From Balneolales bacterium (lineage in GTDB: Bacteria; Bacteroidota; Rhodothermia; Balneolales; Cyclonatronaceae), in NCBI GenBank assembly GCA_007125355.1, contig SLDG01000123.1:1-42518 (forward strand): a stretch of DNA of 42,518 nt, read 5' to 3'. Shown one piece after another: positions 16,561 through 25,327 of this stretch (position 1 is the first letter of the stretch; each line of letters begins with the position of its first letter). The notes under the pieces are model-generated. The model was not told the origin of the DNA. It did not search any database and was given only the letters and a program-made list of their open reading frames with translations. The position numbers and the translations under genes were made by a program.

Positions 16561-17916
16561 TTATAGGTATCTGCAAATAAACATGGGCATGCTTCCGCCA
16601 CCGGCCGTTACGTTAGCAAGATTATTAAATGAGGTTCGGGTTAAACACCCCCCCATCAACGGTCCGTTGAGATAGGGGTCTAAGTCAATAATAGTTTCTT
16701 TTTGAGTCCAATTGTCTTCTATATTTAAGATAAAAGGTTCTTTCCCAATATCAATAACTTCCTGTACTACAAAATCATTCTTTAGTGCATGCTCAATAGC
16801 ATCATCCCACTCAGATTGTGAGCACTGAAAACCAAGTACAACACCATGGCCACCATAGTCATCGTTTGGTTTGAGGATGAAACTATCTTTATATCTTCTG
16901 GCTGACTCAACTAAATTTATAACCATTCCTCTGTAGCGTTCTTTCGATTCCCTGAATTTCCTTGTCCATGGAATGTGGGTTCTGATGGCTTTAATTTCAG
17001 CGTTATCGAGCACTTTCATGTAATATGGGTCGGTCAGAAGAGAAAACAGGTTTTTCTTGTGCACTAACTTTGACCTGAAAGAATTAAGATAACACGTTTT
17101 TTGTGCATGATATCCTTCGAGATATGCCTTACACTCATCAATAATCTCAAAAAATTCATTCATCAAAAGACGCCTATAGAGGATGTCGATTTTCTTTCCA
17201 TTCGCGTAAATCCAGCCGTCTTTGCATTCCAGTTCTCTGGGATCGCAAATCTCGCATACATGCCCTTTTCGGTTCAGGTATTCTTTGATTAGCACAAATT
17301 CGTTGTACGTGGGCACATTCAAAAAATCAACAATAGCGAATGAGGGCAACTCTTCCTTTCCGCAAAATTCTTCGTGATACACCCTGGTTAAACCATCGAA
17401 TGTATGCTCAAGCGGAGATACGAATCTTGTTGGAAATGTTTTTTCAAACTCCTGAAATACCGGCAGCTTTTGATAGATTTTTGCCATCTCGTGCACATAA
17501 GCAATACCCGCCGGAACCTCTGCATTTAGTTCTACAAATCTGAAGGAGGTATCGGTCAAAAAGGCGTCCATTCGCGCTGTAGCCGATAAACGAATAACAT
17601 TTGTGGGGATGGCACAAAGCTGGATTTCCAGGTCAGTAAGCCCAAGCAGGTTAAGCGTTTTTCTGTCGTTAAAAAAAACCGCCGCGATTTTCAAAATGGC
17701 CTGCCTGAGAATATAAACTGTATCCTGGATGTATTGATACGTTTTTTCTCCCAGAAACATGGGCCTTAGAGAAGCTGTAAGCGGCCTGCCGCCAAATGTT
17801 GTGCCTTGCTGCTTTTGCAGTTCGAGTAACATTTGCAACTGCTCTTCAGATGCACTGAGATTATCTGATATCAGCTGGTTATAATGATCAACCGCGTGCC
17901 TGGTGTGCTTAAGCAT
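16561..17916 (-). CDS. glutathionylspermidine-synthase-like / circularly permuted ATP-grasp superfamily amidoligase
   Basis: 451 aa. RMDAFLTDTSFRFVELNAEVPAG resembles the R.D...(K)..E.NADTP motif of the GSP_synth/CP-ATP-grasp families. SKLVHKKNLFSLL and FILKPNDDYGGHGVVLG match later family motifs. The start overlaps the upstream gene by 8 nt. Confidence 0.55.
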   Translation of the reverse strand: MLKHTRHAVDHYNQLISDNLSASEEQLQMLLELQKQQGTTFGGRPLTASLRPMFLGEKTYQYIQDTVYILRQAILKIAAVFFNDRKTLNLLGLTDLEIQLCAIPTNVIRLSATARMDAFLTDTSFRFVELNAEVPAGIAYVHEMAKIYQKLPVFQEFEKTFPTRFVSPLEHTFDGLTRVYHEEFCGKEELPSFAIVDFLNVPTYNEFVLIKEYLNRKGHVCEICDPRELECKDGWIYANGKKIDILYRRLLMNEFFEIIDECKAYLEGYHAQKTCYLNSFRSKLVHKKNLFSLLTDPYYMKVLDNAEIKAIRTHIPWTRKFRESKERYRGMVINLVESARRYKDSFILKPNDDYGGHGVVLGFQCSQSEWDDAIEHALKNDFVVQEVIDIGKEPFILNIEDNWTQKETIIDLDPYLNGPLMGGCLTRTSFNNLANVTAGGGSMPMFICRYL

Positions 17917-18850
17917 CAGGTTCCAGCGCTCCGTTCGCTGTAAACTGTAGTGTTTTCTTCTTCGCTTTCGATTTACTTACCGCATATTTGGCAACATGTT
18001 TTACGACCCAGTCGAAGTTTTCGGCGCCAACTGAATAATAATCAGCATCCGGGGCCGGATTCATAAAGTCGATTGCATAAGGCACTCCATCACGAACCGC
18101 GAACTCTACAGTGTTCATGTCGTAGCCAAGAGCTTTACAAATGGCGATGATGTCTTTTTCCATCTTCTTAAGCAGTTTAGGCGATGTAGGCTCAGGATTT
18201 ACATCAAAATACCTGCGATGCGGCTCAGCGCCCGGATTGTATTTCATAATTTTGGTGTACTTGCGGCCAATGCCGTAACAACGATAGTAATCCTCAAATT
18301 CGATCCCCTCTTGCAGCATCATACATAAATCACCGGATTCGTTGTAGGCATCAAAAAACTCATGGGGATTATTGATTTTGGTCACATCCCGCCATCCGCC
18401 GCCATCATGCGGTTTCAGGAAACATGGGAATCCCACATATTCAAAAATTCCTTCCCAATCGATCGGGTATTTTAAGTTTCTGAAAGAATTTGATTCTGTG
18501 TTTGGCGGATGCTGTTTGTGCGGCAAAATCACCGTTTTTGGTACGGCAACACCTGCATTCTCAGCAATAATATTATCTATAAACTTATCATCAGCACTCC
18601 ACCAAAACGGGTTGTTGATGACAAATGTGCCCTTTAGTGCAGCCCACTTCAGGTAGGAGCGGTAAAACGGTACTTCGTGCGAAATTCTGTCAATAATCAC
18701 ATCATAGCTGGGGTCTGCATCCATATTCACAGAGTCGATTTGAACAAACTCGGCGTGTACACCCTGCTCACCGTATTCTTCATTAATATGCTGTACCAAT
18801 GCATCCGGGAATGTTGTTTCCATTCCTCTGATAATTCCAATTTTCTTCAT
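17909..18850 (-). CDS. ATP-grasp ligase (RimK/GshB-like fold)
   Basis: Has FLKPHDGGGWRDV (phosphate-binding loop), MLQEGIEFEDYYRCYGIG, and VEFAVRDGVPYAIDFMN (Mg-binding E..N). I prefer the ATG at 18850 (MKKIGII), which is preceded by AAAGAGG. The ORF-track start at 18910 overlaps the upstream gene by 34 nt. Confidence 0.65.
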   Translation of the reverse strand: MKKIGIIRGMETTFPDALVQHINEEYGEQGVHAEFVQIDSVNMDADPSYDVIIDRISHEVPFYRSYLKWAALKGTFVINNPFWWSADDKFIDNIIAENAGVAVPKTVILPHKQHPPNTESNSFRNLKYPIDWEGIFEYVGFPCFLKPHDGGGWRDVTKINNPHEFFDAYNESGDLCMMLQEGIEFEDYYRCYGIGRKYTKIMKYNPGAEPHRRYFDVNPEPTSPKLLKKMEKDIIAICKALGYDMNTVEFAVRDGVPYAIDFMNPAPDADYYSVGAENFDWVVKHVAKYAVSKSKAKKKTLQFTANGALEPDA

Positions 18851-18876
18851 ATCTGACCTCTTTAGGTTTTTAAGTG

Positions 18877-19590
18877 TTACGGTAGGTGTTTTAGTATCAT
18901 TCTGCGCCACTCGTGCCAGTCATGTATTACGCCCGGACTCCAGACATCGAGCTCGTACCAAATTCCTTTGCTATATAGAATATCACAAAAATAACGAGTT
19001 GCATCAAGGCAAATATCATGATCGCCGGCAACAAAGCGTAAATCTACACGGCGAATCGCCTCCAGGTGATTGTGGTCGTTCATATTAGGCATGTAGTCAA
19101 CAGGATTATTGAAGTACACATTGTCATCATAATGGCCATTAGTAAATGCCCTGATGTCGTATTTTCCACTCATTGCAATCAATTTACCAAAATACCAGGG
19201 GTGTTTTAATGCCATGTTACATGCATGATAAGCACCAAAACTGGCCCCCGTTGAAATCAGAAACCTATTTGGGTTATTATTGTAGATGAAAGGGATGACT
19301 TCATCTTTAATATAGGCTTCATATTGGCTGTATCGAGCAAAACGAGTAAACGGATCCACGGATTTGTTGTAGAAGCTTTCGCCATCAACAGAGTCAACGC
19401 AGTAGAATTGGTTGAAGCCATTTTCTATCTGATGGCGAACCGTGTCTATCATGTGGAAGTCTTCCCACTCATAAAAGCGCCCCATACTTGAAGGAAAAAC
19501 AAGAACCGGCGCTCCTGCATGTCCAAAAACCAGCATTTCCATTTCTCTGCCCAAACTGGGACTCCACCATTTTACAAATTGTCTGTGCAT
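18877..19590 (-). CDS. esterase-family alpha/beta hydrolase (PF00756-type), first gene of the operon
   Basis: 237 aa. The nucleophile elbow is GASFGA and the C-terminal motif is IHDWHEW, paralogous in style to the 14742-15689 product. Confidence 0.65.
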   Translation of the reverse strand: MHRQFVKWWSPSLGREMEMLVFGHAGAPVLVFPSSMGRFYEWEDFHMIDTVRHQIENGFNQFYCVDSVDGESFYNKSVDPFTRFARYSQYEAYIKDEVIPFIYNNNPNRFLISTGASFGAYHACNMALKHPWYFGKLIAMSGKYDIRAFTNGHYDDNVYFNNPVDYMPNMNDHNHLEAIRRVDLRFVAGDHDICLDATRYFCDILYSKGIWYELDVWSPGVIHDWHEWRRMILKHLP

Positions 19591-19787
19591 ACGCTATTTT
19601 TGCTTATTATTAAATTAAAGGAAGTTACAGAGGGATTTTTATGCTGAACGAGGCTAAAATTAGCACTCCAGTTTTACCGGCAAAAGTCCCCGCAAGCCGA
19701 TTTTCGTAAAGTTTTTAAGTAACAATTAATTAACCAACAAAAGTACGCCATTTTCTGGATTAAGGAAACAAGAAAGATTTTGAATAT

Positions 19788-19796
19788 GGGGGGGGG
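19788..19796. repeat. G9 homopolymer tract in an intergenic region
   Basis: ATGGGGGGGGGCAGC: nine consecutive G read directly from the sequence. Confidence 0.9.
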
Positions 19797-19865
19797 CAGC
19801 AAATCTAATTTGTTACTGATGCGGGCTCCTTGTTTGATCTGCAGAATTGAAATAATGTAAAGCCT

Positions 19866-19936
19866 CGTCACCCAGAGCAGCCGAGCCCCGATGCTTATAC
19901 TAAGTGTTCTTAAGTTGTCTCGGTGTCGTCGGAGGG
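19866..19936 (-). repeat. dispersed intergenic repeat, core module copy B (inverted relative to copy A)
   Basis: The reverse complement reads CCCTCCGACGACACCGAG...GGGGCTCGGCTGCTCTGGGTGACG. It is collinear with 573-640 and has an internal stem CCGAG/CTCGG. Confidence 0.6.
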
Positions 19937-20285
19937 TTAGTTGATAAGGCTTTAGTGCGTTCACGAATTGTGCAGACGCTCCTTCGACTTTGCAGCGGAT
20001 AAATTTCATAAACAATGGCTTACAACCCAAGCAGTCGCTCCGCTCTTTTATATTCAGGATAACTACTTACACTCGGCGGTTTCTGAACTCTAAATACTGG
20101 TTACTTTACAAATAAACAGTTAAACGAATAAACAAATCCCCCACATCGCCATCGTCCAATCTTTTTGGAGTTTATTGTCTGCGGTGGTATTTTTTCGTTG
20201 CTTAATTTAAAATCATTGCATTTGTGCGTTAGCAATTACCGGGATTACTATCAGATGCATTTTCTTTAACTACATCGTTTTATAT

Positions 20286-21242
20286 ATGGAGTCAGTAATA
20301 AACAACTTAGCTTCACCGGTAGTTTTGGCCTTTGTGCTTGGTATCGTTGCCAAACTCATCAAAAGCGACCTCGATTTTCCGCGACCCCTTTACCAGTCAA
20401 TTTCTATTTACTTGTTGTTGGCCATTGGTTTAAAGGGCGGTGTTGAACTTAGCAAGACTCCTTTTAGTGAATTTTTAGGGCCTGCTTCCGCGACCCTTTT
20501 TCTGGGGGTACTTACCCCGCTAATTGCATTTGCAATTCTTCGGTATGTGGGCAAATTCGATATAACAAACGCGTCTGGTATTGCTGCCCATTACGGCTCC
20601 GTTTCGGTTGTAACGTTCATTGCAGCAATCAGTTATGTGCAGGCTCTCGGTCTTGAACCTGAGGGTTTCCTGCCAACTCTTGTAGCTATTCTTGAAGTAC
20701 CTGGCATAGTTGTGGCTCTGCTTATTCCCATCTTGATTGAGAAGAAAAAAGGAACGCTAAAAAAAGCCATGCATGAAGTTTTGACCGGCAGCAGTATTGT
20801 TTTACTTGTAGGAGGCTTGATAATAGGATTTGTTGTAGGTCCCACAAAATTTGAAAGCGTAGAGTTGTTTTTTGTGGGCGGTTTCCAAGGTGCGCTATTT
20901 CTGTTTTTACTGGAATTGGGGATGATTACTGCAAGCCGCTTGCGTGACTTAAAGAAAGTGGGTGCATTTCTTGTTGGGTTTGGTATTCTTGTGCCTATCT
21001 TGCATGGGTTCCTGGCAGTTATAATAGGAATGTGGGCCGGATTAAGTGTAGCAGGTGCAACTGTTTTTGCTGCAATGGTTTCCAGTGGTTCATATATCGC
21101 CGCACCGGCAGCGGTACGTATTGCACTACCTAAGGCCAATCCTACGTTGTATCTTACATCATCACTTGGAATTACATTCCCGTTCAATATTGCACTGGGA
21201 ATTCCATTGTATTACATTATAGCAAATTGGTTCGGAGGATAA
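20286..21242 (+). CDS. sbtA: sodium-dependent bicarbonate transporter family permease (SbtA-like, DUF897/Sbt_1)
   Basis: 318 aa polytopic membrane protein whose N-terminus (LASPVVLAFVLGIVAKLIKSDL.FP) has the SbtA-family style. Immediately followed by an SbtB-like PII gene. The symbol is by family resemblance only. Confidence 0.65.
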   Translation: MESVINNLASPVVLAFVLGIVAKLIKSDLDFPRPLYQSISIYLLLAIGLKGGVELSKTPFSEFLGPASATLFLGVLTPLIAFAILRYVGKFDITNASGIAAHYGSVSVVTFIAAISYVQALGLEPEGFLPTLVAILEVPGIVVALLIPILIEKKKGTLKKAMHEVLTGSSIVLLVGGLIIGFVVGPTKFESVELFFVGGFQGALFLFLLELGMITASRLRDLKKVGAFLVGFGILVPILHGFLAVIIGMWAGLSVAGATVFAAMVSSGSYIAAPAAVRIALPKANPTLYLTSSLGITFPFNIALGIPLYYIIANWFGG

Positions 21243-21243
21243 C

Positions 21244-21546
21244 ATGAGTTTAGTAAATTTAAAACTGGTCACCATCGTTTCTGAGCGCATCCTTAAAACC
21301 CAAATGGTAGAGCACATCGTTGAATGCGGCGCCAAAGGATACACCATGCTGGAGGCAACCGGAGAAGGTTCAAGAGGCATTCGCGCGAGTGAGTTTGAAG
21401 GCAGAAATGTCAAATTTGAGATTATTGCCAGCAGCGAGGTCGCTGAAAAGATATTTCAGAAAATAAAATCTGAGTATTTCGAAAATTACGCCGTAATTGT
21501 GTACTCGCAGGATGTACAGGTGGTACGGGGGGATAAATATATCTGA
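21244..21546 (+). CDS. sbtB: PII-like signalling protein, SbtB type
   Basis: 100 aa. KLVTIVSERILKTQMVEHIVECGAKGYTM, GEGSRGIRAS, NVKFEII and EYFENYAVIVY parallel cyanobacterial SbtB as I recall it (KLVIVTEKILLKK..ESGAKGYTV, GKGSRNVRSS, NIKFEIL, KYFNDYAGIIY). GGAGGA lies 5-10 nt upstream, and the ATG is 1 nt after the sbtA stop. Confidence 0.75.
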   Translation: MSLVNLKLVTIVSERILKTQMVEHIVECGAKGYTMLEATGEGSRGIRASEFEGRNVKFEIIASSEVAEKIFQKIKSEYFENYAVIVYSQDVQVVRGDKYI

Positions 21547-21549
21547 TAA

Positions 21550-22329
21550 CTACAAATCCGACTTCATAATCTTATAATAGCTTAACCCGAGACAAATACT
21601 AACCCAAATAAGGGAACCAATTACCGCGTATTGGGTATCCATGTGAAATTCGCTGAATCCCGCAGCCTCCAGAATGGGATTATGGATGAGGTCGTTAAAT
21701 GTATTTGTAATAAGAAAGTCTGTAACATCGGATCTGTCAAAAAAACGGATGACAGGCTCCGCAATCCAGGCCCATAAAAGCATCAAAATTAAAGTAAAAC
21801 CTGTGCTTTTCAGGAAGAGGGTCAGTAAAAGTGCAAAGGATAAATATCCCAGAACATACAGAAAGAAAGTTCCTGCAATCGCAAAAAGTTTTCCAGTTTT
21901 AATGCCTTCACCCAGAAATCCAAAATCGTGTACAAAGTAAATTGCGGTTAAGGCCATTAGAATCGTAGCAACAGCTGATATGGTTAGAACCAAAAGCAGT
22001 TTAGAAGTTATTATTTCAGTTCTGTTTAGTCCCTCAATAACATGTTGACGTACAATATTAAAGTTCAAGTCATTACTCAGCACCGAAACAAGAATAACAA
22101 CTGGAAGCCAAACCAAATAGCTGGAAACAAATGCACTGATTTGCCAGATTAATTCAGTTTCATAAGCTAATAAATTAGAAATCTGTAGTTCGCCCTGCTC
22201 TGTTTCCACAGTAAAGTTCGAGAAAACGAATACTGCAATCGGTGTTGCAATAGCAAATAATCCGAGTAAAATCCAAAAGGATGAGCGCCGGGAAATTTTT
22301 ATCCATTCAATTTTTAATAACTTAATCAT
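21550..22329 (-). CDS. ABC-2 type transporter permease
   Basis: 259 aa with about 6 TM helices. Overlaps the upstream ABC ATPase gene by 4 nt (ATGA). Confidence 0.7.
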   Translation of the reverse strand: MIKLLKIEWIKISRRSSFWILLGLFAIATPIAVFVFSNFTVETEQGELQISNLLAYETELIWQISAFVSSYLVWLPVVILVSVLSNDLNFNIVRQHVIEGLNRTEIITSKLLLVLTISAVATILMALTAIYFVHDFGFLGEGIKTGKLFAIAGTFFLYVLGYLSFALLLTLFLKSTGFTLILMLLWAWIAEPVIRFFDRSDVTDFLITNTFNDLIHNPILEAAGFSEFHMDTQYAVIGSLIWVSICLGLSYYKIMKSDL

Positions 22330-23228
22330 TTGTCCCCTCCAGTTACCCTAAGAAATACAGATTCCAGACTTTTTTTCGATTTTTGGAGATGATTTGCGAT
22401 GATTCCCGCATCAGAAAGTTTTTTGCTCAATTCACCAATACTAATATCGGCAACGGCCTGAACCATAAAGAAATCTCCCTTATTAATCATTTCCATAATT
22501 CCTGGCTGTACTTTCAGGAAAGATTCCAGCGTATCCATATCATCGGAGCCGATTTCAAAATAAGAATAGTCGTTTTTGTTGGAGCCAATTTCGTAGATTT
22601 CTTTTAAAACGCCCTGCTTAAGTATAGCGACATCCGTACAAACTTTTTCGACCTCATCCAGAATATGGCTGGCTATTATTATGGTTTTTCCCTCCAATGA
22701 CAATTTCTTTATCAATTCTCTTATTTCTACAATCCCCTGGGGATCGAGGCCGTTCGCAGGTTCATCAAGCACCAGCACTTCTGGCTCTGAAAGCAATACA
22801 GAAGCAATTGCCAGTCTTTGTTTCATCCCCAAAGAAAATGTTTTAAAGGGTGAATTTCTTCTCTCATACAACCCCACAGCTTTTAGGGCGTCTTCGATTG
22901 CATCTTCAGGAGCATCTTTTATCTTTGCAACCATTTTGAGATTACTTACCGCACTGAGATAGGGCAAAAAGTTTGGCTTTTCTAACAAAGATCCAATTTT
23001 TTTACGTATTTCGTTGTCTTTCAGGCCGTCACCAATATTCCAACTAAAATCGCCGGAATCCTGAAAGACAGCGCCTAAGATTATAGACAAGGTGGTAGTC
23101 TTTCCGCTTCCGTTTGGCCCAAGGATACCAAAAACAGATTTTTCGGGGACATTTAATGTTAGGTTGTCAACCGCTAAAAGATTGCCATATCTTTTAGTGA
23201 GATTGCGGATTTCCAGTAAGTATTTCAT
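22326..23228 (-). CDS. ABC transporter ATP-binding protein
   Basis: Walker A is GPNGSGKTT, the signature is FSLGMKQRL and Walker B is VLVLDEP. Carries a C-terminal accessory domain of about 80 aa. Confidence 0.9.
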   Translation of the reverse strand: MKYLLEIRNLTKRYGNLLAVDNLTLNVPEKSVFGILGPNGSGKTTTLSIILGAVFQDSGDFSWNIGDGLKDNEIRKKIGSLLEKPNFLPYLSAVSNLKMVAKIKDAPEDAIEDALKAVGLYERRNSPFKTFSLGMKQRLAIASVLLSEPEVLVLDEPANGLDPQGIVEIRELIKKLSLEGKTIIIASHILDEVEKVCTDVAILKQGVLKEIYEIGSNKNDYSYFEIGSDDMDTLESFLKVQPGIMEMINKGDFFMVQAVADISIGELSKKLSDAGIIANHLQKSKKSLESVFLRVTGGDK

Positions 23229-23362
23229 ATTTTTGTCCTAAATCAGTGTTTGAAAGTTATCTTAGCAATATTCAGCGCGCTCGAATTTTGGGCTAAGTAT
23301 TTTGCAGACAGATATTTCAAGATTCCGCTTAATGTACAACTAAATTTTTAATCTATTACGAT

Positions 23363-24043
23363 ATGTGTGGCAGATATGTTTTACATTCTCCAAAAAAAGA
23401 TATTGAATCTCATTATGGCGCCCAATTTACAGAGGAAGGGTTTTATACCCCGAGCTGGAATATTGCACCCGGTTCAATAAATCCGGTAAACCTTCTCGGG
23501 AAAGCCAGAGAACCCGGCATTGCCCCATTGAAATGGGGCCTCATTCCTTCTTTCGCAACTGATGAAAACATTGGCTTTAAGATGATTAATGCCAGAAGCG
23601 AAACCATAGAAGAAAAACCTTCATTTAAAAAGTCATTCCAAAGAAAACGCTGCCTTATTCCCGCAAACGGCTTCTACGAATGGAAACAAATTGAGGGTAC
23701 CTCAAAAAAACTTCCGTTTTTTATTCATTTAATCAGCTCAGAACTGTTTAGTTTTGCCGGAATTTTTGAATCATGGAAAAACAGTGATGGTAATCCGGTT
23801 TTCACTTATAGCATTATCACAACCCAGGCTAACGCGTTGCTTCAACCGCTGCACGAACGCATGCCGGTGATTCTTAAACCGGCAGAATACGAGTTTTGGT
23901 TAGATCCCATGAATAATAATATTGACGAACTTAAATCCATGCTCGTTTCTTATCCTATGGAAGACATGCGCGTGTTCAGAGTTAGTGATTTGGTAAATAA
24001 AACAGCAAATAACTCCGCTGAGTTAATACAGCCTTTGGTTTAG
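23363..24043 (+). CDS. SOS response-associated peptidase (SRAP / YedK / HMCES family) abasic-site processing protein
   Basis: 226 aa starting MCGRY (catalytic Cys2), with the typical WGLIP and FYEW motifs. Confidence 0.9.
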   Translation: MCGRYVLHSPKKDIESHYGAQFTEEGFYTPSWNIAPGSINPVNLLGKAREPGIAPLKWGLIPSFATDENIGFKMINARSETIEEKPSFKKSFQRKRCLIPANGFYEWKQIEGTSKKLPFFIHLISSELFSFAGIFESWKNSDGNPVFTYSIITTQANALLQPLHERMPVILKPAEYEFWLDPMNNNIDELKSMLVSYPMEDMRVFRVSDLVNKTANNSAELIQPLV

Positions 24044-24151
24044 GTGTTTTTCAGGGATTAGTGGTTTTATATTGGGGTGTTGGCAATTGTAAAACAATTA
24101 GTTTACACCTACCACCCACCCAACCCTTCTGTAAAATTATCCGTATCTTTA

Positions 24152-25270
24152 ATGATGCAGAAAAACGGAAATAAACCATCAAAAATTAATCTAAAATCAC
24201 TCAGCCGGGTAGAACTGGAATCGTTTTGTACCGATATGGGGTTGAAGCGCTTCAGGTCTGACCAGCTCTTTCAGTGGATGTACCAGAAAGATGTGCGTAA
24301 CTTCGATGAAATGACGAATCTTTCGAAGGATTTGCGGCAGAAGCTCTCTGAGGTTGCAGAGGTTGGTACTATTGAATTGGCATCCGAGCAAAGATCAGCC
24401 GACGGTACCATTAAGTTTTTATTCAGCCTGCATGACGAACATCGGGTAGAAGCGGTTATGATTCCGGATTTCAATGAGGATGGCAGCCCGAATCGCTTGA
24501 CAATTTGTGTGAGTTCACAGGTTGGCTGTGTTTTTGGATGCTCTTTCTGCGCCACCGGCAAAATGGGATTTCTCAGGCATCTCACCCCCGGTGAAATTGT
24601 GGATCAGATAATAAAAATTAACCAAACCACCGAAGAACTGCACGGACGGGGCATTACAAATATTGTGTATATGGGGATGGGCGAGCCCTTGCATAATTAT
24701 GCGTCTGTAGTAGAATCTGCGGCGGTAATTACGGATGAAAAAAGCCTGGGGCTTTCACCAAAACGCATTACCGTATCTACTGTTGGTCTGACAAAACAGA
24801 TAAAAAAACTGGCAGAAGAGCAGCAGCCGTTCAGATTGGCTATTTCACTGCATGCCCCGACGGATGAAAAACGCGATAAAATAATGCCGATTAACAGCTC
24901 GCTGAATCTGGCTGCATTAAGGGAATCGCTCGAGTATTATTACGCACAGACCGGCAATGGAGTCACTTACGAATATCTCTTGTTCGATGAGTTTAACGAC
25001 ACGCCGGCAGATGCCCGAAACCTCGCAAAAATCGCACATTGGATTCCCAGTAAGGTCAATATCATCATGTACAACAATGTTGCAGGCGTTACACTCAAAC
25101 GAGCCAGAGAGCACCGACTCGACGCGTTCATGCGTGCATTGCGAGACAAAGACGTAACAGCCACGGTACGCCGAAGTCGCGGGGATGATATCGATGCAGG
25201 CTGTGGCCAGCTTGCTATTCGCGAAGGCCAGCCCAAAGGAAAATCAATTGCTAAAGAACTCTCAAACTGA
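24152..25270 (+). CDS. rlmN: 23S rRNA/tRNA adenine-C2 methyltransferase RlmN (radical SAM)
   Basis: Has the CX3CX2C cluster (GCVFGCSFCATG) and RlmN-type N-terminal FRSDQLFQWMY. The ATG at 24152 (MMQKNG) is preferred over the GTG at 24077. Confidence 0.9.
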   Translation: MMQKNGNKPSKINLKSLSRVELESFCTDMGLKRFRSDQLFQWMYQKDVRNFDEMTNLSKDLRQKLSEVAEVGTIELASEQRSADGTIKFLFSLHDEHRVEAVMIPDFNEDGSPNRLTICVSSQVGCVFGCSFCATGKMGFLRHLTPGEIVDQIIKINQTTEELHGRGITNIVYMGMGEPLHNYASVVESAAVITDEKSLGLSPKRITVSTVGLTKQIKKLAEEQQPFRLAISLHAPTDEKRDKIMPINSSLNLAALRESLEYYYAQTGNGVTYEYLLFDEFNDTPADARNLAKIAHWIPSKVNIIMYNNVAGVTLKRAREHRLDAFMRALRDKDVTATVRRSRGDDIDAGCGQLAIREGQPKGKSIAKELSN

Positions 25271-25327
25271 GCGGATAGCGTCTGTACTATATGAGTTGGA
25301 TTACAAAAGTCGCTATCACGTACACCT

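Noticed and set aside
16557-16601. Longer N-terminal extensions offered by the ORF track (16601 for the GATase-like gene; also 18910, 5424, 24077, 38279, 13427 and 14012)
   Set aside because: These extensions overlap the upstream gene, begin at non-ATG codons directly followed by an ATG, or precede a better signal peptide or RBS. Internal ATG starts were chosen as noted in the features.
19659-19667. TTAGCACTC, identical to the left arm of the CIRCE (HrcA) operator
   Set aside because: The required right arm GAGTGCTAA is absent 9 nt downstream (CGGCAAAAG instead). The site is not upstream of grpE-dnaJ, and no CIRCE is visible in 14007-14274 either.
19674-20030. 118-aa minus-strand ORF in the large intergenic region
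   Set aside because: It reads straight through dispersed repeat copy B (giving SIGARLLWVT) and the G9 tract. It has no RBS and no recognisable motif, so it is most likely an artefact of the repeat.
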